64,000 bases of DNA. It comes from Candidatus Kaiserbacteria bacterium (GTDB taxonomy: Bacteria; Patescibacteriota; Minisyncoccia; Phycocordibacterales; UBA2100). The stretch spans positions 33,191 through 97,190 of the forward strand of contig JACRFK010000009.1 in the NCBI GenBank assembly GCA_016217925.1. Direction: 5' to 3'. The notes beneath the pieces were generated by a model. That model was not told where the DNA came from and searched no databases. It saw only the letters and a program-made list of their open reading frames with translations. Shown one piece after another: positions 46,043 through 55,760 of the stretch (the first letter of the stretch is position 1; every line of letters starts with the position of its first letter). Position numbers and translations under genes: made by a program.

Positions 46043-46936
46043 ATGATTTTGTGGATCGCGCTTGCGGCTCTCGCCCAGCTCATTTCGGCTGGGATTGTGC
46101 TTGTGGACAAATACGTCCTCGTGAGCCACGCCCATTTGGGCAAGCCCGTGGTGTACGCGTTTTACATCAGCGTCATGTCGGGGTTCGTCCTCGTCCTCGT
46201 GCCTTTTGGCGTCATCTCAATCCCGTCGCTCACCGTTCTCGCGCTCGCCATGCTTGCATCGGTGACGTTCATACTGTCAGTTCTTTTTCTCTACACCGCC
46301 CTCAAGCGCGGCAATGCCTCGGACGCTATACCCATCGTGGGTGCGGTATCCGCGATCGTAACGGCGCATCTTGCCTTCGTATTTCTCCACCAAGATCTTC
46401 CCCGCGCTTTCCTTCCGGCGTTCGCCTTGCTCGTCCTCGGCACGGTGCTCATATCGCACTTCAAACTCACATGGAAGTCGCTTGGGTTCGTGGTGGCGTC
46501 CGGCGTATTTTTTGGCGCATCTGCGCTACTGACCAAGCTTATTTTCCAGGAAACAGATTTTATCAACGGATTCTTTTGGTCGCGTATGACCAATGTTGTC
46601 GGGGCTCTGTTCCTGCTTGCCATACCCGCGAACCGTCACGCGATATTCCACGGGTATCGTACGTCGTCACATGGTATGAAATGGTTGGTCATATCGAACA
46701 AAGCGCTCGGCGGCGTCGCTGCGTTCCTGACACTTCTCGCCATCAGTCTGGGGAGCGTCACCATCGTAAACGCGATGGCCGGACTCCAATTCGTATTCCT
46801 CCTCTCGTTCGCCTTTTTGGGCGCGCGGTGGATCCCGCGCGTCTTCAAAGGCGAGGTCCACCCGCACCAATTTCCGCACCAGGTGTACGGCATCCTCTGC
46901 GTCGTAGCGGGTATCGCCGCGTTGTTCGTCGTATGA
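46043..46936 (+). CDS. EamA/DMT-family transporter
   Basis: About 10 TM segments in two repeats. Confidence 0.8.
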   Translation: MILWIALAALAQLISAGIVLVDKYVLVSHAHLGKPVVYAFYISVMSGFVLVLVPFGVISIPSLTVLALAMLASVTFILSVLFLYTALKRGNASDAIPIVGAVSAIVTAHLAFVFLHQDLPRAFLPAFALLVLGTVLISHFKLTWKSLGFVVASGVFFGASALLTKLIFQETDFINGFFWSRMTNVVGALFLLAIPANRHAIFHGYRTSSHGMKWLVISNKALGGVAAFLTLLAISLGSVTIVNAMAGLQFVFLLSFAFLGARWIPRVFKGEVHPHQFPHQVYGILCVVAGIAALFVV

Positions 46937-47937
46937 ACCGTTTGGTATGGCTCTCGGTCGTGGGCATCGTACTGCTCGGTGCGGCGTACCTCTTTTTGAC
47001 GCTGCGCCCGGTACCGGCGCACGTTACCTATGGCATAACGTTCAGTACGATGCAGGCAGAGCAACTTGGCCTCGATTGGAAGAATGTGTACGTCGCGATG
47101 CTGGACGACTTGAAAGTCCGTGATATCCGCATTCCTGCGTATTGGCAAAGAGTGGTGCCGAAAAAAGGCCGTTATGATTGGAGCGAACTTGATTTTGAGA
47201 TGAGTCAGGCGCAGATCCGGGATGCTCGAGTCATCCTTGCGGTAGGACGTCGTCTCCCGCGCTGGCCCGAGTGCCACATTCCCGATTGGGCACGCAGCCT
47301 TTCGTGGGAAGAGCAGAAAGAAGAATTACGAGGTTATATTACGGCAGTCGTACAAAGGTATAAAGAATTTCCCGCTGTGGCATATTGGCAAGTTGAAAAT
47401 GAGCCGTACCTCTCGGCGTTTGCCTTTGAGCACTGCGGAGCGCTCGACGAAGCCTTCCTCGAAGAAGAAATCGCGCTTGTGCACTCGCTCGACGCACGCC
47501 CCGTACTCGTGACCGACAGTGGCAACTTGGGAACATGGATAGGCCCCTACAAGAACGGGGACGCGTTCGGTACCAGCCTCTATATGTATTTTTGGAATCC
47601 GGAGCTGGGCCAATTCAAGACGAGACTTCCCGCATTCGTATACCGGATGAAAGAGAGAGCGGTGGAGCTTTTGTATGGACCGAAACCGACATTCCTCATT
47701 GAGCTCTCTCTGGAGCCGTGGCTCACGGGACCGACCGCCGAAGCCTCGCTTGAGACGCAGCTTTCGCGCATGGACATCGATAAGTTCGACGAGATAGTCG
47801 CTTACGCGCGCAAGACCTCGTTTGGGACACAATACCTCTGGGGCGTGGAGTGGTGGTACTACATGAAAGAAAAACAAGGACACCCCGAATTTTGGAAGGC
47901 CGCCAAAGAGCTCTACGCCGCACCGCCCGCGAACTGA
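46933..47937 (+). CDS. Membrane-anchored clan GH-A glycoside hydrolase
   Basis: IRIPAYW, RLPRWPECH, WQVENEP, ELSLEPW, LWGVEWWY; ATG overlaps the upstream stop. Confidence 0.8.
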   Translation: MNRLVWLSVVGIVLLGAAYLFLTLRPVPAHVTYGITFSTMQAEQLGLDWKNVYVAMLDDLKVRDIRIPAYWQRVVPKKGRYDWSELDFEMSQAQIRDARVILAVGRRLPRWPECHIPDWARSLSWEEQKEELRGYITAVVQRYKEFPAVAYWQVENEPYLSAFAFEHCGALDEAFLEEEIALVHSLDARPVLVTDSGNLGTWIGPYKNGDAFGTSLYMYFWNPELGQFKTRLPAFVYRMKERAVELLYGPKPTFLIELSLEPWLTGPTAEASLETQLSRMDIDKFDEIVAYARKTSFGTQYLWGVEWWYYMKEKQGHPEFWKAAKELYAAPPAN

Positions 47938-47941
47938 GACC

Positions 47942-48700
47942 TCAGGCCGAGCAGGCGGCGAGGATTTCTTCGATGACTTGGAGCGTTTCAGGCGGACCGC
48001 TTACAGAGCGGGTCTCAATGCCGGTCGGAATGACGACCGCATCGTTGCCGCCGGGGTAGAGCGCATCGCCAACGTAGAGCATTTCGCCGATGGGAATGCC
48101 GAGGTGTTCCGAAAGCCACTTCACACCGTGAGATTTGTTCACGCCTTTGCGCGTGATGTCAATCGTCGTCACACCGCCCATCAAGACCTCGAATTCGGGA
48201 AGCTTGTTTTTAAGAGTGCTCCACAGGGACGCGCGCTTCGAGCCGTCTCGGTCCCACGAAGCCTTCACATCCGTGGGCGCATCTACACCGACATGCGTGT
48301 AGGCGACTTGCGCTCCACGATCTACTATCTGTTCCCCATAATGTGGAATGTCTTGGAGCTCCTTGAGAGCGCTCACGGTCTCCGTCATTACTGCTTTGAT
48401 GTGAGCACGTTCTTCTTCAGTAAGTGCGAGATCGTAAACCTGTTCCCACACCCCGTTCTTTTGGACGTACGCTTGCCCCGAACTCGCGGGAAATATGTAC
48501 AGGCGATCAGAGCGCGGATGTGCGGCGAGCACAGGAAGAAAGCGTTCTTCTATTTTTTGGAAACCTGTACCCGTCATGATTGCGACCGGCATCAAGTCCA
48601 GGGTCTTCTTCAGACCGTCAAGTACCTCCGGCGAGGGTGTGCGGAAACTTTCGGCAAGTGTGTCGTCGAGGTCGAAGAGTGCGGCGCGCGGGCATTGCAT
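47942..48700 (-). CDS. HAD-IIB hydrolase (phosphomannomutase-like)
   Basis: FDLDDTL, GGVTTIDIT..GVNK, GDALYPGGND. Confidence 0.9.
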   Translation of the reverse strand: MQCPRAALFDLDDTLAESFRTPSPEVLDGLKKTLDLMPVAIMTGTGFQKIEERFLPVLAAHPRSDRLYIFPASSGQAYVQKNGVWEQVYDLALTEEERAHIKAVMTETVSALKELQDIPHYGEQIVDRGAQVAYTHVGVDAPTDVKASWDRDGSKRASLWSTLKNKLPEFEVLMGGVTTIDITRKGVNKSHGVKWLSEHLGIPIGEMLYVGDALYPGGNDAVVIPTGIETRSVSGPPETLQVIEEILAACSA

Positions 48701-48766
48701 GTAGTGAGATTACCATATTCCAAGCGCTCGCGGCGATTCTGTCGCACGTGGTACAATGGCGCCACT

Positions 48767-49357
48767 ATGGCATTTGAGCCCTTCGCCGCGCGCACGCATG
48801 AAAAGATGACGGAGGTTCTTATGAGCCCCGGTGCGCAGGGGCCCGCCATTCACTACTACATGGTCCGCGGCGGCTCCAAAAAGCGCAACATCACGGTTCT
48901 TGAAACGGGGACGGTCGGCTCGGAGTACATCAAGACGTACGGGCACTACCACATCGGCAATCTCGACGAAACATACTGGTTTTCCGCGGGTGAAGGTGTC
49001 GTACTTCAGCAAAAGCTTGTTGAGGAAAACGGTGTGGCGCAACCGGACAGAGTAGAGAAATTCCGCGCAGTGCGCGTCAAGCAGGGCGAGTCCGTTTACA
49101 TGCCGCCCGGCTACGGTCACCTCATGGTGAATACCGGTAAGACATGGCTCGTAATGGAGGACGATAGCCCCGTGGAGGGCGCGGAAGATTCCGCCTCAAC
49201 GCCGGGCCACGCGGATTACGAGATGGTCAAGCAGATGCACGGCTTTGCGTACTACGTCGTTGATAAAGGCGGCATACCGACGCTCGTCTCGAATCCGCGC
49301 TATAAGGAGGTTCGGAAAACGGATTTCGGCGGCATTGGAGTAGTAGATAGTCATTAG
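48767..49357 (+). CDS. Cupin-type glucose-6-phosphate isomerase family protein
   Basis: EYIKTYGHYH...ETY...GEG, PPGYGHLMVNTG. Confidence 0.85.
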   Translation: MAFEPFAARTHEKMTEVLMSPGAQGPAIHYYMVRGGSKKRNITVLETGTVGSEYIKTYGHYHIGNLDETYWFSAGEGVVLQQKLVEENGVAQPDRVEKFRAVRVKQGESVYMPPGYGHLMVNTGKTWLVMEDDSPVEGAEDSASTPGHADYEMVKQMHGFAYYVVDKGGIPTLVSNPRYKEVRKTDFGGIGVVDSH

Positions 49358-49441
49358 CCACTAGCCATTAGGAAAATGCAATTAGTACAAGTTCCTCGAA
49401 GCATCCTAGTGGCTAACCCCTAGTGGCTAATTACTAATTCT
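49346..49441. repeat. 7-nt periodic inverted flanks (tagccaN / tggctaa) with no gene between them
   Basis: tagtcat tagccac tagccat taggaaa ... cctag tggctaa cccctag tggctaa ttactaa; resembles the flanks of 4026-4385. Confidence 0.75.
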
Positions 49442-50230
49442 ATGTACATCGTAATGGATATTGGAGGGACCAATATGCGTGTCGCCGCCGTGACGAATGA
49501 TGTGTTGGGTGAAATCAAGAAAATAAAGACACCGCAAAATCCAAAGGAGGGAATTGCGAAGTTTGTTGCCCTTGCGCGTGAGTGTGCCGGCGGCGAAGAA
49601 ATCACGGCGGTTTCTGGTTGTATCTCGGGAAGCGTGGACGGCGCGGGTGCGCTGTCCGATGCGCGTAATTTGCGTGCGTGGGAAGGGACAAATATTGTGC
49701 GGGAACTTGCGGAGACCCTCAGCGTTCCAGTACATGTGGTCAATGACGCGGCATGCGCAGGATTGGGCGAGGCGTATGCAGGTGCGGGAAAAGGGGTGAA
49801 ATCGCTCGCGTATGTAACTGTCTCGACGGGTGTGGGAGGAGGGTGGGTCGTTGACGGAAAAATTGCCGCCGCGGGAGGCGTCGCAGGCATCAAGATCCGC
49901 GGCGCCGATCTCGAGGACCTCGTGTCTGGGACGGCAGTCACCAAGAAATTTGGCATCCATCCCAAGGACCTTGATTCACTGGAGGAGCGCAACAAACTCG
50001 CGGACACTCTTGCGGAAGGACTCCTTGTCCTCCTCGGACAATGGCCGTCCGATACCATCGTCCTCGGGGGCTCGATGATAGTCGGCGTGAACCCTGTTCC
50101 CGTTCCACGCGTGCAAGAGTCACTGGACAAGCTCTTTATGGGGCATCCAAAACCGGTAATAAAAATGGCAGAGCTCGGGGATAATGGCGGACTTACGGGA
50201 GGTATCGCTTTGCTCAAGCAGGGGAACTAG
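49442..50230 (+). CDS. ROK-family sugar kinase
   Basis: DIGGTNMR, NDAACAGLGEA, STGVGGG. Confidence 0.9.
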   Translation: MYIVMDIGGTNMRVAAVTNDVLGEIKKIKTPQNPKEGIAKFVALARECAGGEEITAVSGCISGSVDGAGALSDARNLRAWEGTNIVRELAETLSVPVHVVNDAACAGLGEAYAGAGKGVKSLAYVTVSTGVGGGWVVDGKIAAAGGVAGIKIRGADLEDLVSGTAVTKKFGIHPKDLDSLEERNKLADTLAEGLLVLLGQWPSDTIVLGGSMIVGVNPVPVPRVQESLDKLFMGHPKPVIKMAELGDNGGLTGGIALLKQGN

Positions 50231-50831
50231 ATTCTTTGTTCTTTTTACTCTGCCGCAGATATTCCCGCACTACGGGGATGCATGTGGCGAGAATAATGAG
50301 GAGAATTATCGGTGTAAGATATTTCTCCACGCCAGGGACTTTTTCTCCCAAATAGAACCCAATGAACGTGACGCCCGCGCCCCAGATAACGGCGCCGGTG
50401 ATGTTGTAGATCAGGAATGTGCGGTATCGCATCTGTACGATACCGGCAACGATAGGGGCAAACGTGCGGATGATGGGTAAGAAGCGCGCAAGAACGATGG
50501 CGAGGACGCCGTGGTGCTCATAAAAATCCCGAGCGCGCACGAGATGTTCCTGTCGGAAGAATCGAGAGTCTTTCCGCTCGAACAACTTTATCCCGACCTT
50601 TGCACCGAACCAGTAGCCCGCACTGTCGCCCAAGATGGCGGCGAGCGTGAGGAGCGGGATAAGTATCCATACGTTGAAAACGCCCTGAGAGGCGAGGAGG
50701 CCGGCGGTAAAGAGCATGGAAGCGCCGGGGAGGAAGAAGCCGAAGAAAACCCCCGACTCGAGAAAAACCGCGGTAAAGAGCCCCGGATAGCCGACGAACT
50801 GTATGATGGAAACAAGATCAAGGTCGGGCAT
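50214..50831 (-). CDS. DedA family protein
   Basis: FLESGVFFGFFLPG, GDSAGYWFG, ARFLPIIRTFAP. Confidence 0.93.
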   Translation of the reverse strand: MPDLDLVSIIQFVGYPGLFTAVFLESGVFFGFFLPGASMLFTAGLLASQGVFNVWILIPLLTLAAILGDSAGYWFGAKVGIKLFERKDSRFFRQEHLVRARDFYEHHGVLAIVLARFLPIIRTFAPIVAGIVQMRYRTFLIYNITGAVIWGAGVTFIGFYLGEKVPGVEKYLTPIILLIILATCIPVVREYLRQSKKNKESSSPA

Positions 50832-50864
50832 TCCGGGCATTATACAAGCTTCCGACGAATGACC

Positions 50865-52214
50865 CTATGTGCGGGCGAGGTGCGGCAGAGGATACTTCTT
50901 GCAGAATATGCGTACTTCCTGCCGTATCTTCTTGAGGTTCGTATTTCGCTTGAGCTCCTTCTTGGCTTTCTCGAGGTACGCGGGACGGTCCTTCGTTTCG
51001 GTGGGTAGGCGATACTTGTGTGCTTCTTGGATTGCCCGCGCGACCCATTCACCAACTTTTTTCATCTCTGCTTCTTTCATGCCGCGGGTCGTCAGTGCGG
51101 GTGTGCCCAAGCGGACGCCGCTCGGATAGAAGGCGGATCCGGGGTCTTTGGGAATCGTATTCTTGTTCGCGGTCATTCCGGCGATTTCAAGTGCGTCGCT
51201 CGCAAAGTGTCCGCCGCCGGGGCCGAATACCGGCACAAGGTCGAGAAGGAGCAAATGATTTTCGGTGCCTCCCGAGACCAGCTTCAGGCCGTTTTTCTTG
51301 AGGCTCTCAGCGAGAGCCTTCGCGTTCCTCACAATCTGCTTGCCGTACGATTTGAATGCCGGCGTCGCGGCCTCTTTGAGTGCGATCGCGATCGCCGCTG
51401 TCTGATGGTTGTGAGGTCCACCCTGGAGACCCGGTATAATCGCTTTGTCTATCCGCTGGGCAAGCTCGGCATCCTTCGCGATGCCACGTGCCGTCGTCAT
51501 GATGATGCCGCCGCGCGGACCGCGGAGCGTTTTGTGCGTGGTTGTCGTGATGATGTGTGCGTGAGCGGCCGGACTCGGATGTGCGCCTGCGACAATGAGA
51601 CCCGCGACGTGCGCGATGTCGGCGGCAACGAATGCGCCGACCTCATCGGCGATCTCCATGAAAGATTTGTAGTCGTACAGGTACGGATACGCGGTCGCGC
51701 CGACCCAGATTAATTTCGGCTTGTGTTCGTGTGCGAGCTTCCTCACCTCTTCCATATCGATGCGTCCGTCTTCCCGCACATGGTAGGGAATGCTCTTGTA
51801 GAAGAGCGCGGTCGCGGAATATTTCCATCCGTGCGTCAGGTGTCCGCCGTCCGGGAGATTGAGGCCCATCACCGCGTCGCCCGGTTTGCAGATTGCCACG
51901 TACACGGCGAGATTTGCGGGACTTCCCGAGTAGGGTTGGACGTTGGCGAAGGGGACGCCGAAGATTTTCTTGGTGCGCTCGATTGCCTCTGTTTCAATCT
52001 GATCGATGAATTCATTGCCGCCGTAATAGCGCCGATTCGGGTACCCCTCGGAATATTTGTTGGTGAGGATGCTGCCCATCGCCTCCATCACGGCAGGAGA
52101 CGTGTAATTTTCCGAGGGAATGAGTTCGAGTCCGTCGGCCTGACGTTCCCACTCGCCCGCGATTGCTTTGTAAATTACTTTGTCCTCCTTTTTGATGCGT
52201 TTGTAGAGATCCAT
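50865..52214 (-). CDS. glyA: Serine hydroxymethyltransferase
   Basis: LIPSENY, NKYSEGYPNRRYYGG, GGHLTHG, TTTHKTLRGPRGG. Confidence 0.98.
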   Translation of the reverse strand: MDLYKRIKKEDKVIYKAIAGEWERQADGLELIPSENYTSPAVMEAMGSILTNKYSEGYPNRRYYGGNEFIDQIETEAIERTKKIFGVPFANVQPYSGSPANLAVYVAICKPGDAVMGLNLPDGGHLTHGWKYSATALFYKSIPYHVREDGRIDMEEVRKLAHEHKPKLIWVGATAYPYLYDYKSFMEIADEVGAFVAADIAHVAGLIVAGAHPSPAAHAHIITTTTHKTLRGPRGGIIMTTARGIAKDAELAQRIDKAIIPGLQGGPHNHQTAAIAIALKEAATPAFKSYGKQIVRNAKALAESLKKNGLKLVSGGTENHLLLLDLVPVFGPGGGHFASDALEIAGMTANKNTIPKDPGSAFYPSGVRLGTPALTTRGMKEAEMKKVGEWVARAIQEAHKYRLPTETKDRPAYLEKAKKELKRNTNLKKIRQEVRIFCKKYPLPHLART

Positions 52215-52251
52215 GGGGATGAAATGAAAAAAATAATGGTATGTCGGGTAA

Positions 52252-52881
52252 CTAAATCATAGATTTTGTTGATACGACCGATTGTATCGTCTCCTCGATA
52301 TTTCGCCAGACCTCTTCGAGCGGCTTGTCGGCGTCAATAATGAAGAAGCGCGGGTATTCAACGATGTGCTTCCGGTAGCCTTCGCGCACGCGCTCGTGGA
52401 ATGCGAGCTCCTCGTTGTCGAAACGGTTGGGCTCCTCGGGGCGGGAGTGCGCGCGGGCGAGACCGATTTCCGGTGACACGTCGAGAAAAATTGTCGCATC
52501 GGGAACGCAGCCCTTGTTGATAGTCTTGGACATCGTAAAAAGAAAATCCCGGTACTCGGGTTTTTGGCGGCCGTACACCTGATAGACCATCGTGGAGAGC
52601 TCGAAGCGGTCACAGACGACCGTTTTTCCGGCAGAAAGCGCAGGCTCGATGACATCGGCAATGAGTTGCGCACGCGCCGCGAGAAAAAGCAGAAGCTCCG
52701 TCGCCGTATCAATTCCTTGCGCCTCTTGCGAGAGCACGAGCTCCCGTATTTTCTCTCCGATGGGGCTTCCGCCGGGGTAGCGGGTGAAAACAGCGTCGGG
52801 AAGCACCGCGTGCAAACGCTCCATCAGCACTGATTTGCCCGAGCCTTCGCCGCCCTCAAAAACGATAAATTTTCCGCGCAT
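52252..52881 (-). CDS. tmk: Thymidylate kinase
   Basis: FEGGEGSGKS, ELLLFLAARAQ, CDRF, FHERVREGY. Confidence 0.95.
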   Translation of the reverse strand: MRGKFIVFEGGEGSGKSVLMERLHAVLPDAVFTRYPGGSPIGEKIRELVLSQEAQGIDTATELLLFLAARAQLIADVIEPALSAGKTVVCDRFELSTMVYQVYGRQKPEYRDFLFTMSKTINKGCVPDATIFLDVSPEIGLARAHSRPEEPNRFDNEELAFHERVREGYRKHIVEYPRFFIIDADKPLEEVWRNIEETIQSVVSTKSMI

Positions 52882-52915
52882 GGCTCATTCTACCCCGCAC
52901 CAAAACTCTCAACAA

Positions 52916-53455
52916 TCAATCTTGCAATGGGGTAACAGATTCCGTCGAGTTTGGTACGGGGCGCGCACCCTCAAACTGCTTGCCGATAACGTTGCCCGCA
53001 TGCGCCTTGTTGAAGAGTTTTTCGCTGTCTTTGAGGAGGTAGACGTTCTCGATGCCCGCTTCGATGATGGCATTCCAACAAGGCTGACATGCCCACCAGT
53101 GGCCCCAGAGATACAGGTCGGCGCCGATGGTTTCGTGGCCGTTCTTTAAGGCGTCGGCTATCGCCCGTGGCTCGCTGTGATTCTTGGGGTCGCACCCCTC
53201 GCACAATTCGTAGCCGTGCCCCGTGGGAATTCCACGCCTCACGCGTTCGCAGCCATGCAATTTGTGGTAGTCACTCCCGTTTGCCCCTCGCCCGATTATC
53301 TCGCCGTTTTTTACGACAAGGGAAGCGTTGGGCATCGCCTCGTCGAGCGAGTGTGCGCGGGCCCAGTCCCGGGCCTCTTGCATAAAAGGGTTGTGCGCAT
53401 CCACGTACTTGATGATGCGGCCGGTGGGAAGGTAGGGGTATTCTATTGCCGACAT
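52916..53455 (-). CDS. Zinc-dependent dCMP/cytidine-deaminase-fold protein
   Basis: NHSEPRAI (HxE), WWACQPC, GADLYL, plus an H..C.R......G..YELC insert resembling dCMP deaminases. Confidence 0.85.
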   Translation of the reverse strand: MSAIEYPYLPTGRIIKYVDAHNPFMQEARDWARAHSLDEAMPNASLVVKNGEIIGRGANGSDYHKLHGCERVRRGIPTGHGYELCEGCDPKNHSEPRAIADALKNGHETIGADLYLWGHWWACQPCWNAIIEAGIENVYLLKDSEKLFNKAHAGNVIGKQFEGARPVPNSTESVTPLQD

Positions 53456-53509
53456 AAACGCAACTTTACCACAATTGGCGGGGGCACTTCCGCATCGTAC
53501 AATGCCTCC

Positions 53510-54346
53510 ATGACCCGCTTCGACGAGATGTACCAAGGAATGTTGAAGCGCATCATGGAGGAGGGCGTCCGCGAGAAGAATCAGCGCACCGGACACGAAA
53601 CGATAGCGCTGCCCGGAATGCACTTCTCTATAGACATCGAAAAAGAAGGGCTCCCGCTCCTCACGTTGCGAAAGATCCCGGTCAAAATGTTCGTCGCTGA
53701 GCAGATATGGTTTATCTCGGGGGCACGCAAGCCCGCTGATTTCCTGCGCGACTACACGAAGATTTGGGACAGCTTCACGAACCCGGCGGATGTCGTTACG
53801 GTCGCGTACGGATATCGCTGGCGCAAACATTTCGGCCGCGACCAGCTCGGCCTTCTTGTCGACCTGCTCAAAAAAGATTCGAGCTCGCGCCACGGCGTCG
53901 TCGTCACGTGGGACCCCGCGCAGGACGGGCTCGGCGGCATAAAAAAGGCGAACGTCCCGTGTCCGTATACATTTACGGTCAACATCATCGGCGGACGGCT
54001 CCACCTCCACAACATGGTCCGCTCCAACGACATGATGCTCGGTTTTCCGTCGGACGTTGCGGGCTTCGCGCTTTTGCAATGTATCCTCGCGCAAAAACTC
54101 GGTGTCACGGCAGGGGTGTACTCGCACTCCATCTCGAATGCGCACGTATACGATAATCAACTCGAAGCGGTGCAAGAACTGTTGCGTCGCACCAACGACC
54201 ATGCGCCCATACGCGTGACTTTGCCCAAAAACACCTACGACCGCTCGGAGAAGAAGGACAAAAAACTGGTGGACGAAATAGTGAACCCCATCGCCGCACA
54301 ATACAACCCATTGCCGGCCATTACAGGAATGCAAATCGTGCTGTAA
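53510..54346 (+). CDS. thyA: Thymidylate-synthase-family enzyme with Asp at the specificity position
   Basis: RTG, AEQIWF, YGYRWR, SRH, VPC, RSNDMMLGFPSD, AHVY. Confidence 0.9.
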   Translation: MTRFDEMYQGMLKRIMEEGVREKNQRTGHETIALPGMHFSIDIEKEGLPLLTLRKIPVKMFVAEQIWFISGARKPADFLRDYTKIWDSFTNPADVVTVAYGYRWRKHFGRDQLGLLVDLLKKDSSSRHGVVVTWDPAQDGLGGIKKANVPCPYTFTVNIIGGRLHLHNMVRSNDMMLGFPSDVAGFALLQCILAQKLGVTAGVYSHSISNAHVYDNQLEAVQELLRRTNDHAPIRVTLPKNTYDRSEKKDKKLVDEIVNPIAAQYNPLPAITGMQIVL

Positions 54347-54357
54347 ACTGTACGACC

Positions 54358-54996
54358 ATGGCAATACTGACCAAAGACGAGATATTGGCGCGCGTAAAGA
54401 AGGGCAACATTGAATTCAAGCCCGGCCTCGACCGTTTCCAACTGCAGATGCATGCGGTGGACCTACGGCTCGGATTTACATTCCTGATACCCAAGGCCTG
54501 GAAGATGACCGCGAAGGGGAGGCAAGCGCTCAGTCTCGACCCGCTCAAGGACCACGGGCCCGAATATTTTGACGTCATCGAGCTCGAACAAGGTCAGTGC
54601 TTCGAACTCCTTCCGCAGGAATACGTACTCGTATCGACATTCGAGACGATAAAAGTGCCCAATGACCTGATGGCAGTTCTTTATCCGCGCTCGTCGGTCA
54701 ACCGCAAAGGGCTTTCCGTCGACCTCACGGGAATCATCGATTCGGGTTATGAAGGACCGCTCACGCTTCCCATCCGCAACAATACGAATTCCCAGGTCAT
54801 CCAACTGCACCCAGGCGAGCGTTTCTGCCAGATTGTCTTTGAAGAGCTCACGCACAAAGTGGAGCCAAAGAAATCGCGTTGGCACCAGAAGGATGTCGTG
54901 GAGAAGGGCAAGAAAGAAAAAGCGGCGGAAATGAAACTCGTATTTAACGGCGACCTCAAAAAATTGAAAAAGGATTTCTCCGCTACCGACCAATGA
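54358..54996 (+). CDS. dCTP deaminase/dUTPase-fold protein lacking the deaminase Glu
   Basis: VDLRLG, PRSSVNRKG, IIDSGYEGPLTLP, PGERFCQ. Confidence 0.85.
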   Translation: MAILTKDEILARVKKGNIEFKPGLDRFQLQMHAVDLRLGFTFLIPKAWKMTAKGRQALSLDPLKDHGPEYFDVIELEQGQCFELLPQEYVLVSTFETIKVPNDLMAVLYPRSSVNRKGLSVDLTGIIDSGYEGPLTLPIRNNTNSQVIQLHPGERFCQIVFEELTHKVEPKKSRWHQKDVVEKGKKEKAAEMKLVFNGDLKKLKKDFSATDQ

Positions 54997-55015
54997 GATG
55001 ACATCTCATTGTGTT
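54991..55015. repeat. Palindromic 25-bp repeat, left flank of RAYT
   Basis: caatgagatg-a-catctcattg-tgtt. Confidence 0.92.
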
Positions 55016-55026
55016 ATGCTAGGTCA

Positions 55027-55704
55027 ATGGCAAATCGCCCGCCATTCGAGATAGAGGAGTGGTACCACTGTTTCAATCGAGGGGTTGAAAAGCGGAAAGT
55101 CTTTGAAGATGAAAATGACGCGAAGCGATTTCTGATGTTGCTATACCTCGCGAATGGCACGGCGCCGATTGAGATTTTTAATGATCCCAAACCCTCACTC
55201 AAAAAAGTCTTTGAAACAGACCGCGGGGACCCCGTTGTTGGAGTGGGCGCGTTCTGTCTCATGCCAAACCACTTCCATCTCTTATTGAAAGAAACGACGG
55301 AGGGAGGAATTAGTTCCTTTATGAAAAAAGTCGGTATCGCCTACGTGATGTATTTTAACGCCAAGAACGAGCGTGTCGGGAACCTTTTTATAAAACCTTT
55401 CCGCTCTCGGCATATTGCAACTGATAGTTATTTTCAACACGTTCTCCAGTACATACATTGCAACCCGGCGGAGTTGTATGAGCCGGGCTGGAAAGAGGGC
55501 AAGGTTCGGAGTATGCGTTCTCTGGAAAACAAACTTCTGAACTATCCCTACTCAAGCTTCGCAAGCTATGGAGAGAGAAAGGCCATCAGCCCTATTCTTT
55601 CTGCAGATGGATTTGACGTTGCGAATCAGTTGCCGGTCTCTCGTATGCTCGAAGACGCGAGATCCTATTACGCGCAAGTCGCTCAGGAACGATTCGAGAA
55701 GTAG
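55027..55704 (+). mobile_element. Second RAYT (Y1 HUH transposase)
   Basis: YHCFNRG, AFCLMPNHFH, GNLF..PFRS, YIHCNP, YPYSS. Confidence 0.93.
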
Positions 55705-55711
55705 TCCAAAA

Positions 55712-55736
55712 CAATGAGATGACATCTCATTGTGTT
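55712..55736. repeat. Palindromic 25-bp repeat, right flank of RAYT
   Basis: Identical to 54991-55015. Confidence 0.92.
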
Positions 55737-55760
55737 TTCTGTAGATGCTATATTTTCTAA

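Noticed and set aside
46051-46932. N-terminal ~294 aa of the 628-aa ORF as real overlapping coding
   Set aside because: It is an off-frame read through the EamA gene; the hydrolase starts plausibly at ATG 46933 with a TM anchor.
52916-54364. 482-aa minus ORF and 389-aa plus ORF as long overlapping genes
   Set aside because: Each extension is antisense to the other real gene; the true starts at 53455 and 53510 have adjacent -10 boxes.
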